Source: a virus
Taxonomy: Duplodnaviria; Caudoviricetes
DNA length: 64,000 nt
IMG/VR virus record: IMGVR_UViG_3300021425_003554
Reading direction: 5' to 3' (one strand)
The notes beneath the pieces were generated by a model. It was not told the origin of the DNA. It did not search any database and was given only the letters and a program-made list of their open reading frames with translations. Positions 55,734 to 64,000 of the stretch are shown here, piece by piece. Within the stretch, counting starts at the first letter, position 1; every line of letters starts with the position of its first letter. The position numbers and the translations under genes were made by a program.

Positions 55734-57032
55734 ATGGAACTTGCAATTATTTTATCTTCTGGTATCCTGACCGGAATACTGATAGGATTGTTTCCTGTAT
55801 TTCCTATATATTTGGGTGCATTTCTGTTGTATGTTACTGCCACAATTTGGTCACCCGAACAAATGTTATTGTTCTGGGCAGTCAGCAGTATAGGATCTCA
55901 ATTTTTTTGCAGTGTATCAACCATCACATTGGGTATTCCTGGAGATGCGAGTAGCCTGATTTATGTCAATGATGTTAAGAAGTTATCACTATCGGAAAGA
56001 AATAGTTTGCTATGGCAAACGTCGCGAGGTAGTCTGATAAGCGCCTTCTCGGCACTGTGTTTGGTATGGATACTTTATACTACCTATACAACATCAGGAA
56101 TGCGTTTCATGGGAGGAGTTGAAATAAAATTTTTTTTGTTGTACACAGTGATATTATTTCTAATATTCACTAGCAATAAAAAACTAATGACGGCTTTGAT
56201 AGCATTCATGGCTATTTTCATCGCTCCACAAAACAATTATGCTTTGCCAATAAGTTGGTACTCTGCTTCCATATTTTTACAACACACAACTTTCTTTATG
56301 TTGGTACTTGCAATGGTTGTTATTCCTGATGTTGTCTCATATGACACTGGATTTATCAAAAACGATAAAGAAAAATTTGAACCAAAGAAAACAAAACTGC
56401 CATGGTGGTTGGTAGTAAAAAACACCATAGTAGGCTGTGTGGTCAGTTTGATTCCTGGTCCATCAGCAGAACTATCAGCGGCAACTGCCTATCATACAAC
56501 CAGATCCAATACCAATGACAAGATTATAGCGGCCGAGACTGCCAACAATCCCGGAGTGATCATGATGCTGTTGCCTTTTTTTCTTCTCGGATTGCCTTTT
56601 ACTCCAAGCAGTATTATTGTGAGCAACATAATGGATATCAAAGTGGTAAATGTTATTGAATTGGCCAAATCGTCAAGCACCGTACTGCCCGGAGTGTCGG
56701 TGTTGGATAGTATAATAATACTCGCATTGGTAACTGTTGTTTTTTATTACTTGTTGAGTCTTAGATTTATAAACTTTTATACCTCTATGGTAAAACTAGC
56801 ACATAGCCAATTAAAAATAATACTATTGATGTTGGTGTTAGGTATGATTTACTTGGATGTATCTATACAAGAAATATCTTGGATAAGTTATTTGTCCTTA
56901 CTACTAGGATATACAATTATTGGTTTTATAATGAAAAGATATAACATCAATGCCATGCCTTTTATATTCATATACTTGTTGGGAGATGTGATAATATGGA
57001 CAACCATGCAGGTTTATCTGATCCATTTTTAA
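55734..57032 (+). CDS. tripartite tricarboxylate transporter large subunit (TctA-like)
   Basis: GILIGLFP; LGIPGDASS; IPG.SA; AAETANN; LGLPFTPSS; about 11-12 TM. Confidence 0.8.
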   Translation: MELAIILSSGILTGILIGLFPVFPIYLGAFLLYVTATIWSPEQMLLFWAVSSIGSQFFCSVSTITLGIPGDASSLIYVNDVKKLSLSERNSLLWQTSRGSLISAFSALCLVWILYTTYTTSGMRFMGGVEIKFFLLYTVILFLIFTSNKKLMTALIAFMAIFIAPQNNYALPISWYSASIFLQHTTFFMLVLAMVVIPDVVSYDTGFIKNDKEKFEPKKTKLPWWLVVKNTIVGCVVSLIPGPSAELSAATAYHTTRSNTNDKIIAAETANNPGVIMMLLPFFLLGLPFTPSSIIVSNIMDIKVVNVIELAKSSSTVLPGVSVLDSIIILALVTVVFYYLLSLRFINFYTSMVKLAHSQLKIILLMLVLGMIYLDVSIQEISWISYLSLLLGYTIIGFIMKRYNINAMPFIFIYLLGDVIIWTTMQVYLIHF

Positions 57033-57087
57033 CATCATAGAAAAAACAAAGTCATAATTATTAAAAAAACTAAAATTTTGGAGAACC

Positions 57088-57921
57088 ATGAAAAAAATCA
57101 GTTTAATCATAATGAGTTTGTTTGTTATGATCACATCAGCAAACGCAATCACTATTGTCAATCACAGCAACAAGGCATCACCAGGAACGGTATTAGCAAA
57201 AAGTTTTGAAAATGCATTGAACATATCTTCAGCAAGTTTTTACCAAGCAGGTAATTGTGAGGATGCAGAAGCAAAATTCCAATCCACAAAAGATGCCATC
57301 ATGATCTACAATGTGGATGTGGCAATCGCGGCAATGGGCAAGAAATTAGATTGTCCCCTTCCTGCAAAAGCAGAAAAAACTGTTTTTATTGGTAAAAGTT
57401 ATCTAGATATCTGTACCAATGCTCGTGATCCAAAAGATTTAAAAGATGCTAGAACAATGGGCGGAGCATCTGTGATTCTATCCAAAGGACTGGTAAATGA
57501 CATAAACAATCAACCCGGAGTCAACGTAAAAGGTATTCCATATGGTGGAAGTAAAAATGTGCTTGCCGCCATAATCGCCGGTGACATAGACATAGGCTAT
57601 GTTGGTCACGGAGTGAATAGACCGTCTGTGGAAAATGGAGATGTGATCTGTCCAATACAGGGCAATCCAAAAGACAAAGATTATATTGGTAATAAGTTAG
57701 ATATGCAAATACCAGATTTTCCAATTATCAAAATGATATACACAAACAGCGATGATCCAGAACTTATTGCCAAAATGAGGAAAGCAGTACAGTCAGAAGA
57801 TTTCCAGGCCTACCTTAAAAAAAGTGGTTACGGTGATGTAAAAATTGATAATATCACCCAGAACGATGTAGATGGCAGTTGGAAGCATGGGGTCAAAGTC
57901 TACGAATTATATTGGAAATAG
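57088..57921 (+). CDS. periplasmic binding protein (TctC/Bug-like)
   Basis: signal peptide; IPYGGS...AIIAGDID. Confidence 0.7.
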   Translation: MKKISLIIMSLFVMITSANAITIVNHSNKASPGTVLAKSFENALNISSASFYQAGNCEDAEAKFQSTKDAIMIYNVDVAIAAMGKKLDCPLPAKAEKTVFIGKSYLDICTNARDPKDLKDARTMGGASVILSKGLVNDINNQPGVNVKGIPYGGSKNVLAAIIAGDIDIGYVGHGVNRPSVENGDVICPIQGNPKDKDYIGNKLDMQIPDFPIIKMIYTNSDDPELIAKMRKAVQSEDFQAYLKKSGYGDVKIDNITQNDVDGSWKHGVKVYELYWK

Positions 57922-57976
57922 TGTGTTTTTCATTGGTTGACATCTTTTGATAATATCTTATAATACACACTAACAT

Positions 57977-58195
57977 ATGCCAAAAGAGGATGTACTAAAA
58001 TATTCAGGAACAATACAAGAAGTGTTACCTGGGCAGATGTACAAGGTTTTGTTGGAAAACGGACACAATATTTTAGCATATGCCAGTGGTAAAATAAAAA
58101 AGAACAAAATTAAGATTTTAACAAATGATAAGGTTGATGTTGATATATCGCCTTATGATTTAACAAAGGGAAGAATAACTTTTAGGCACAGGTGA
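57977..58195 (+). CDS. infA: translation initiation factor IF-1
   Basis: MPKED...G.IQEVLP...YKV.LENGH.ILAYASGKI....I.IL..DKV.V..SPYDLTKGRI.FR. Confidence 0.95.
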   Translation: MPKEDVLKYSGTIQEVLPGQMYKVLLENGHNILAYASGKIKKNKIKILTNDKVDVDISPYDLTKGRITFRHR

Positions 58196-58308
58196 GTTGG
58201 TGACCATTCATTTGTTTCCAACTTAAAAGCCCATTAGGCTATAATTTTATTGAGACGGCAAACCCGTCGAATGTAACTCATCCGTGCCAAAAGTTGTTCT
58301 TTAAACAC

Positions 58309-58743
58309 ATGAGTGAAAAAACAAAAGAAATTTTAAACAATCTAAAAGAAATACGATCACCCTCTGTTCCAGAACCTATAATCAAACCAGTCTCAAATAT
58401 ATATGGTGAAGACCAAAATGGAAAACCTATCTATATAGACAGGATATACGGAGGCATATATGGTCAAACAAAATTGATCAACAAGAATGGCACAACATAC
58501 AAAGGAAAGATTCATAAAAGAAGTATTCTGGTAAAAGGCATGGACGGTAACAATTTTAGATCTCACACCTACGAGACCGACGACGGCAGATGGTTCGACA
58601 GATCCGGAATGCCAATAGAAAAACCAAAATCCCTAGTCAAAGAAGAACCCAAAGAAGAAGCCACGATCGAGGTCATAAAGACAGAGCTCACTCCTGAAGA
58701 AAAACTGGCCAACGAACAAGCATTTTTAAAAAAATTAAAATGA
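58309..58743 (+). CDS. hypothetical protein
   Basis: ORF; ATG start chosen. Confidence 0.65.
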   Translation: MSEKTKEILNNLKEIRSPSVPEPIIKPVSNIYGEDQNGKPIYIDRIYGGIYGQTKLINKNGTTYKGKIHKRSILVKGMDGNNFRSHTYETDDGRWFDRSGMPIEKPKSLVKEEPKEEATIEVIKTELTPEEKLANEQAFLKKLK

Positions 58744-58892
58744 TTACAAAAATAAAAGTGAACAAGGATCAACAACCGAGATTGTTGAACAACGCAAGAT
58801 TTATGATGACGAATGCTCAAGATCCGTGGTTCAAAGAATATTGGGAAAAGGTCTACTTGGATCTATTGAAAAAATTTAATAGACTTAATTAA
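58740..58892 (+). CDS. small hypothetical protein (50 aa)
   Basis: manual translation; ATGA overlap. Confidence 0.5.
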   Translation: MITKIKVNKDQQPRLLNNARFMMTNAQDPWFKEYWEKVYLDLLKKFNRLN

Positions 58893-59911
58893 TAGACAAA
58901 AATATCAGTGAGTGGCAATTTGGTCCACGTTTTTAACTCGTCATTCCAAAAATACCCAGGCATTTCGATCTTGGCACCATTATGAATCAGTTCACATTCA
59001 ACCCTAATGACCATTGATAATCTTCTAGCACAATCCATAGGAACTTGTACTCCATGCCAACAAGGTGACACATAAGATTTCATCTCATCAGCATATACGT
59101 AGCCAGGTACCCAAAAACAGTTTCCTTCAGATACTTCTTTGGAGATGTCTCTTTGTATTGAGTGCTCTCTGGTCAACGAATCATCTGTGAATTCTACGGC
59201 GTGAAGTGATGGTGCGTCATGATATAATAAACCTGTTAATAAACTGGCATCCAAATGACTGGCCAATTTGGAATTTATATCGTTTTCGTTCACGTAGTCT
59301 AATAATCTTAAGGTAATTTTAGCATCTAGGTCTTCTACCACTGTTTCATTTTCTTCTAGAAATTTTTTAACCATTTTTGTAGCGGGCTCCAATAGTTCTT
59401 TCATGCGAACCATTAATTCTTTGTTGGCACTGTCATTGGGATCATAACCTGATTGGACCTGTGTCCATAGCATTCTACCTCTGTAATAGTGTCCACACAC
59501 TCCAGACTTGGGCTCTTCTATGGTCCATGTCTGTGTTTTATAAAAATCAAATAATTTTTCTATTTTGTTCTTTAAATCCCCTATTGGTTGAATTCTGTAT
59601 GGTTTTCTAATATCCGGAAATAATTTAGATTTATTATGGAAATACTCACGATCGTTTCCTGGATCAACAGTGACATTTTCGTAACCATTTTTTTTTAATA
59701 TACCTGCCACCCTCTCTCCCCACGCTGGAGGTTCACCATTATTGTATATCTCGATGGGTTCATTTTTTTTGACATCGGCAAAAAGTTCGAGGCATTCTTT
59801 TTCCACAGCATTAATTTTTGGATCTGGTGATGGTTTCACTCCCAACGCCATGGGAGCCCATATGTCATAGTCCACATCTTGTCTTGGTATTAAATTGATA
59901 TTTGCTCTCAT
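58889..59911 (-). CDS. 2OG-Fe(II) oxygenase (IPNS-like HxD...H)
   Basis: LRLLDY...SHLDASLLT...WHGV...R.S. Confidence 0.7.
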   Translation of the reverse strand: MRANINLIPRQDVDYDIWAPMALGVKPSPDPKINAVEKECLELFADVKKNEPIEIYNNGEPPAWGERVAGILKKNGYENVTVDPGNDREYFHNKSKLFPDIRKPYRIQPIGDLKNKIEKLFDFYKTQTWTIEEPKSGVCGHYYRGRMLWTQVQSGYDPNDSANKELMVRMKELLEPATKMVKKFLEENETVVEDLDAKITLRLLDYVNENDINSKLASHLDASLLTGLLYHDAPSLHAVEFTDDSLTREHSIQRDISKEVSEGNCFWVPGYVYADEMKSYVSPCWHGVQVPMDCARRLSMVIRVECELIHNGAKIEMPGYFWNDELKTWTKLPLTDIFVY

Positions 59912-59927
59912 ATTATCAGTAATTATC

Positions 59928-60140
59928 TCACCAAAAAAAGTATTTTATTATTCCTGAGCTCCAAGCCGATGCCATCACAACAAACACGGTCATGGCCGCC
60001 CATTCTCGCATTTTAAAAAGTTGTATGGACCATCCTAGATTGCCTGCGAACAAGAAGAACAAACCAAAGTATGGATGTAGTTGCCAACTTGTGATACACG
60101 CACCCGTGATCATTAAAGAAGTCAAAAACCATTTTATCAT
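59928..60140 (-). CDS. small 3-TM membrane protein
   Basis: KW...ITGA; GNLGW...REW pattern. Confidence 0.6.
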   Translation of the reverse strand: MIKWFLTSLMITGACITSWQLHPYFGLFFLFAGNLGWSIQLFKMREWAAMTVFVVMASAWSSGIIKYFFW

Positions 60141-60305
60141 TTAGAATCCCGACTGTTTCATGGCGTCGATCAAGGAATCAGGCGGAAAAGCATATAACAC
60201 GGTAACAAGCAAGATGACCCCTGCTATACCAAATATTATCATGATATCATCTAATTTCATATGCACTTATTTAAATTACCCAATAAAATTGCGGTATTAT
60301 TCTGG

Positions 60306-60333
60306 TTGACCTTTTACCATTACCTGTTATAAT
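60306..60333 (+). promoter_or_regulatory. GGTTGAC-class promoter
   Basis: ggTTGACC-N16-TATAAT. Confidence 0.7.
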
Positions 60334-60357
60334 TAGGTTAACTTAGGAGAAAGAAAT

Positions 60358-60708
60358 ATGTATAAATGTTCAGCAAAAGCACAGTTGGTATTGGACCAAG
60401 TAATCGCAAGATGTAAATCTGATACTGAAACTGAAAACACATGGAACGGCAAATCAGGAAAGTATATGTTTATTCCTGGCAGAGAGAACGCAGATGGTAA
60501 GGCAACAGGTGTTGTCCACAAATACCAAGAAGATGGTTCTCACAGACTTGCTGGTTCATACAAAATACTTGCTGATGGAAACATCACAAGGTTTACTGGG
60601 TTGTCAAAAGCAGACTGGAACTCTTATATGAGTACAGCCGAAAAACTTTATCAAGAAAGTTTACAACCTACATCAGAGTCTACTGAAACAGTAAGACAGG
60701 CTGTATAA
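60358..60708 (+). CDS. hypothetical early protein
   Basis: own promoter, AGGAG SD and terminator. Confidence 0.75.
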   Translation: MYKCSAKAQLVLDQVIARCKSDTETENTWNGKSGKYMFIPGRENADGKATGVVHKYQEDGSHRLAGSYKILADGNITRFTGLSKADWNSYMSTAEKLYQESLQPTSESTETVRQAV

Positions 60709-60715
60709 AAATAAA

Positions 60716-60735
60716 GATGCCCCTCCGGGGGCATC
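60716..60735 (+). terminator. terminator hairpin
   Basis: GATGCCCC-TCCG-GGGGCATC. Confidence 0.6.
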
Positions 60736-61415
60736 ATAAACACATATTACATATGAAGACTATTAAACACAAAGATACGTCTAACAATTTAAAAACTACC
60801 TTGTACAAGGTTCTTGCCTTGATTTTTATAATTTTTGCTTCATACGGATATGGTACATTCAAGCCAAATGAATGGTCCACTAAAAAGATCATAAGAGACA
60901 CAGAACAGAAAGCGGTGGACAAGGCGAGATTTTTAGGATTTAGAGAACCGGAATTTATATACAATGACAACGATTCGTTTGTTGTAGCCGTTGGAAAGTG
61001 TGTGGACTATCTCAATTTAATGACCGATCCGCACCATAGAATACCTTCTGCTATAATAATATCAATGGCAGTGATAGAATCAGCATATGGCAAATCAAGG
61101 TTTGCCATCGAAGGCAATGCTCTGTTTGGAGTGAGGACTTGGGATTTAACCCAACCTCACATGAAACCCATGGGCATACCCAACGCACAATTTGGTGTTA
61201 AAAAATATATCCATAAATGTGAATCTGTTTCAGACATGATCGCTATCATCAATAGACATCCTGCCTACGAAAAATTTAGAACGGAAAGAGATCATCAATA
61301 CGATTTGGGCAAATTAAATTACAAAGAATTACTTGATGGATTGACTGCTTGGTCTACAAATCCAGAATACAAAGATATCATATTACAAAAAATAAAAGAT
61401 TTAGATTTACCTTAA
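60717..61415 (+). CDS. Bax-like glucosaminidase (GH73) with N-terminal TM anchor
   Basis: IIISMAVIESAYGKSRFA.EGNALFGVRTW; Y.ST...Y; true start probably MKTIK. Confidence 0.85.
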   Translation: MPLRGHHKHILHMKTIKHKDTSNNLKTTLYKVLALIFIIFASYGYGTFKPNEWSTKKIIRDTEQKAVDKARFLGFREPEFIYNDNDSFVVAVGKCVDYLNLMTDPHHRIPSAIIISMAVIESAYGKSRFAIEGNALFGVRTWDLTQPHMKPMGIPNAQFGVKKYIHKCESVSDMIAIINRHPAYEKFRTERDHQYDLGKLNYKELLDGLTAWSTNPEYKDIILQKIKDLDLP

Positions 61416-61681
61416 TGTCAAACAAAACAATTAACAAAGTCACACCACTACACGACTCCACTTGGTATGTGAAATGGATTTCATCGATATTGCTGTTGAT
61501 GGCTGTGGCTTGTCGTAGTGTTGAGGAAATACCCAAGATATACGATGTGTCCATAGGTTGGATAGGAACCATGGGATGGTTGTGGGTTGGTTACAAATGG
61601 CATGACAGAGCTCTCATACTTTTAAATTCTGTTATCGTGTTCATGTTGACACTGAGCTTATTGAGATATGTTGTGTTATGA
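61415..61681 (+). CDS. DUF6552-like 3-TM membrane protein
   Basis: WYVKWISS; GWLWVGYKWHDRALILLN. Confidence 0.7.
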   Translation: MSNKTINKVTPLHDSTWYVKWISSILLLMAVACRSVEEIPKIYDVSIGWIGTMGWLWVGYKWHDRALILLNSVIVFMLTLSLLRYVVL

Positions 61682-62592
61682 ATCTAAATAACATCAAAGA
61701 GATACACATAGAGCCTACCAGTCTGTGTAATGCGGAATGTCTACAGTGTGCCAGGAATGTTTTGGGAGAAGGGTTAAATCCTAACATAAAATTACAAAGC
61801 CTAGATCTTGAATTTTTTAAAAAAACTTTTACTGTTGACAACATAAAACAAATAAACAAAATTTTTTTCTGTGGCAACGTGGGAGATCCGTGTGCCACTC
61901 CGGAACTGCTTGACATACTGAAATATCTTAAATCTCTGAAAAAAAATTTGGTACTGGGATTGAACACCAACGCATCTTTGAAAACACCAGATTGGTTTTC
62001 TAAACTGGGTAAAATTTTAATTGGTCCATTAGACTATGTTGTTTTCAGCATCGACGGCTTGGCAGACACCAATCATATCTACAGGAAGAACACCAATTTC
62101 AAAAAAATCATGGAGAATGCCCGTGCCTACATCAAAACAGGAGCATCAGCACATTGGGATATGTTGGTTTTCAAACACAATCAGCATCAGGTAAAACAAT
62201 GTAAAGAACTTGCCAAAGAGATGGGATTCACTTGGTTCCGTTCAAAGGAAACAGATCGTTGGGACATATATCCACAGGCCCATATCAAACCAATACAAAC
62301 CTATGAAACTGTGGATTACACAGATGCCATCCCTGATTGTGAAAGAAACAGAGACTCCAGCATATTCATCGACTATACCGGTAAAGTATGGCCTTGCTGT
62401 CACATGGCAGAAGCATACCTAAATCTAATGGGACAGGAGAAACACAACGACATAAGGGAATTTACGAACGATCAATTGATGACAGAATACCAAACCAAAT
62501 TATCCAACCAACCTTTCTACATCTGTAGACGTGCCTGTGGTGTTGGAAAATCAAAAAGATCACAATGGAAACAGGAAATACAGTTATCATGA
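61678..62592 (+). CDS. radical SAM protein with C-terminal SPASM/Twitch-like Cys cluster
   Basis: CNAECLQC; FCGNVGDP; FSIDG; GKVWPCC; C...C. Confidence 0.9.
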   Translation: MNLNNIKEIHIEPTSLCNAECLQCARNVLGEGLNPNIKLQSLDLEFFKKTFTVDNIKQINKIFFCGNVGDPCATPELLDILKYLKSLKKNLVLGLNTNASLKTPDWFSKLGKILIGPLDYVVFSIDGLADTNHIYRKNTNFKKIMENARAYIKTGASAHWDMLVFKHNQHQVKQCKELAKEMGFTWFRSKETDRWDIYPQAHIKPIQTYETVDYTDAIPDCERNRDSSIFIDYTGKVWPCCHMAEAYLNLMGQEKHNDIREFTNDQLMTEYQTKLSNQPFYICRRACGVGKSKRSQWKQEIQLS

Positions 62593-62674
62593 TAATAAAA
62601 AAGTCAATAAAAACAAGAGTTTTTAGCCAGATCAACTTGGTTGACGCATTTGGTAACTGTGTTATAATAGTAGT

Positions 62675-62839
62675 ATGATTAGATTAATAATATTGATTTG
62701 CGTGTTCTTGGCAGTCTATCCTTATATAGGCACAGGATACGAGCAATTCACAAACGATTTTAATTTGTCGGCAGTTTCTGAAATTTTCAGAAACATTTTA
62801 GATTCCATCATGGGACTAATTGACAAGTTGAAAGAATAG
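62675..62839 (+). CDS. small membrane/exported protein (54 aa), leaderless
   Basis: manual translation; ggTTGACG-N16-TATAAT-N6-ATG. Confidence 0.55.
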   Translation: MIRLIILICVFLAVYPYIGTGYEQFTNDFNLSAVSEIFRNILDSIMGLIDKLKE

Positions 62840-62848
62840 AGAGGAAAT

Positions 62849-63403
62849 ATGAACAAACTAGGAAAACTAATACTGGTTATATTTACAGGTCTATTGGTAG
62901 CACAATGTTCGACCTACAAGATAAAACCAGACATGGCCAAGAACGGAGTAGTCAACAAGACTCCCAAATGGTATGTGAAATATGATCATGAAACAATGTT
63001 TTCATATCAAGAGGCGGCAACTGCTGTGTCTCCCGATCTAGAACTTGCTGTGAAGAAAAGTATTCTTTTGGCAAAGGCTAAATTAGTTGATAGGATCAAT
63101 GGTGAGATGAATAATCAAACCACCATCAAGAAAGACGAAGCGGGCACCAACGAAAATCTAACAGTAAGAGCAGGATCACAGGACATCATTGTAAATGTCA
63201 TAGAAGAAACACTTGCTAGAGGCTATGAAGTCACAAAACAAGTGGTCTATGCGACCAACAATAAATCTTACAGATCTTATGTGATGGTAGAACTTTCTAA
63301 GAAAGAAGTGAAAGCGATCATTGAAGAAGTGAACAAGAAGAAAGTGGCCATGATCGACACAAAAGAACTTGAATCATCTGTGAAAAACGTATTGAAAAAG
63401 TAG
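62849..63403 (+). CDS. LPP20-like lipoprotein
   Basis: lipobox LVAQC; TPKWY; A.AKAKLV. Confidence 0.7.
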   Translation: MNKLGKLILVIFTGLLVAQCSTYKIKPDMAKNGVVNKTPKWYVKYDHETMFSYQEAATAVSPDLELAVKKSILLAKAKLVDRINGEMNNQTTIKKDEAGTNENLTVRAGSQDIIVNVIEETLARGYEVTKQVVYATNNKSYRSYVMVELSKKEVKAIIEEVNKKKVAMIDTKELESSVKNVLKK

Positions 63404-63413
63404 AGTATCGTAT

Positions 63414-63776
63414 ATGAAAAACACAATACTCTACTTGATCGCTTTGGTAATGTTGGCGTTGGGCATGATACTTTTCGTGATCAGCACAGGAGCAAAGGCA
63501 GGAGGACCATGGTCCGATCAATACTGCGATATATCACACGAAACAGTTATCACAAAAAATGAAAAAGGTGAGGTCATTGATCAAGTGACAAAGGAAATTG
63601 TCAAATGTGAGGATGGCGTCAAGGACTTCCTACACGGTGCCGGCATCGCAAAAAATTGCCAGTTCTTCACTTGGAAGATGCCCTACAAAGGCACAATGAT
63701 AGATCAGAGATCTATAGCCTGTGAAAAAATAGATGGAGGATGGGAAATTGTTCCGGGTTATCATTATATCAATTAG
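63414..63776 (+). CDS. exported hypothetical protein
   Basis: signal/TM segment; four Cys. Confidence 0.65.
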   Translation: MKNTILYLIALVMLALGMILFVISTGAKAGGPWSDQYCDISHETVITKNEKGEVIDQVTKEIVKCEDGVKDFLHGAGIAKNCQFFTWKMPYKGTMIDQRSIACEKIDGGWEIVPGYHYIN

Positions 63777-64000
63777 TTTATTGTTCGCGAGTGTGGCCCA
63801 CTCGGGTACTAACTCTTATGTAAAAGAAACAGAAGGAGCCTTTCTTAACTTTCCAGCACCAACCACTCTTGGAGAGAACGAACTATGGAGTGCTCCGAGC
63901 ATGGCATGGAACCATATACAATATCTGAGATTTTCTTTGAGGAAGGAAGAAAAAAATCTTCATCAGTCAGCGGTATATCATGCCCTTAATAACACCAGGG

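Noticed and set aside
58255-58275. GGCAAACCC resembling a c-di-GMP-I (GEMM) riboswitch
   Set aside because: Lacks the GAAA tetraloop stem and the GGGACGCAAAGCC core; kept only as a generic structured leader.
38974-59911. Complete beta-lactam biosynthetic cluster
   Set aside because: No ACV synthetase or NRPS, and the genes are dispersed; only the aminoadipate-route analogy is retained, as speculation.
1-64000. Stop-codon reassignment, CRISPR array, tRNA genes, DGR
   Set aside because: Known genes are full length under code 11; no repeat-spacer arrays; the only CCA-ending tRNA-like fold belongs to the tmRNA; no reverse transcriptase or TR/VR pair found by eye.

Overview
This window comes from a large, AT-rich tailed-phage genome with T4-like features: a TAAATA late promoter, nrdAB, a PAAR spike tip, a DUF6267-type protein and an ATP-dependent ligase. 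The host is very probably a marine alphaproteobacterium such as SAR11, judged from the permuted alpha-type tmRNA, DUF1178, CspA, IF-1, SufE, KdsA and PstS. Positions 1-13.9 kb hold about 45 small minus-strand early genes in blocks headed by near-identical GGTTGAC promoters. Positions 14-38.9 kb hold late, structural and nucleotide-metabolism genes, and 39-64 kb is dense in auxiliary metabolic genes (Rieske and 2OG oxygenases, three PP-loop proteins, ABC and TTT importers, a lysine 6-dehydrogenase/ALDH7 pair, a radical SAM protein). The main findings are: a circularly permuted two-piece tmRNA with an unusual 22-codon tag; many apparently leaderless genes alongside phage IF-1 and CspA; a ParB/DGQH plus EHxxP-nuclease gene pair behind a structured leader; a duplicated tandem-operator element; a Pho-box-like array before pstS; and a CTTA-rich array that may be an origin. 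Product calls come from motif recognition only, and no database searches were run.
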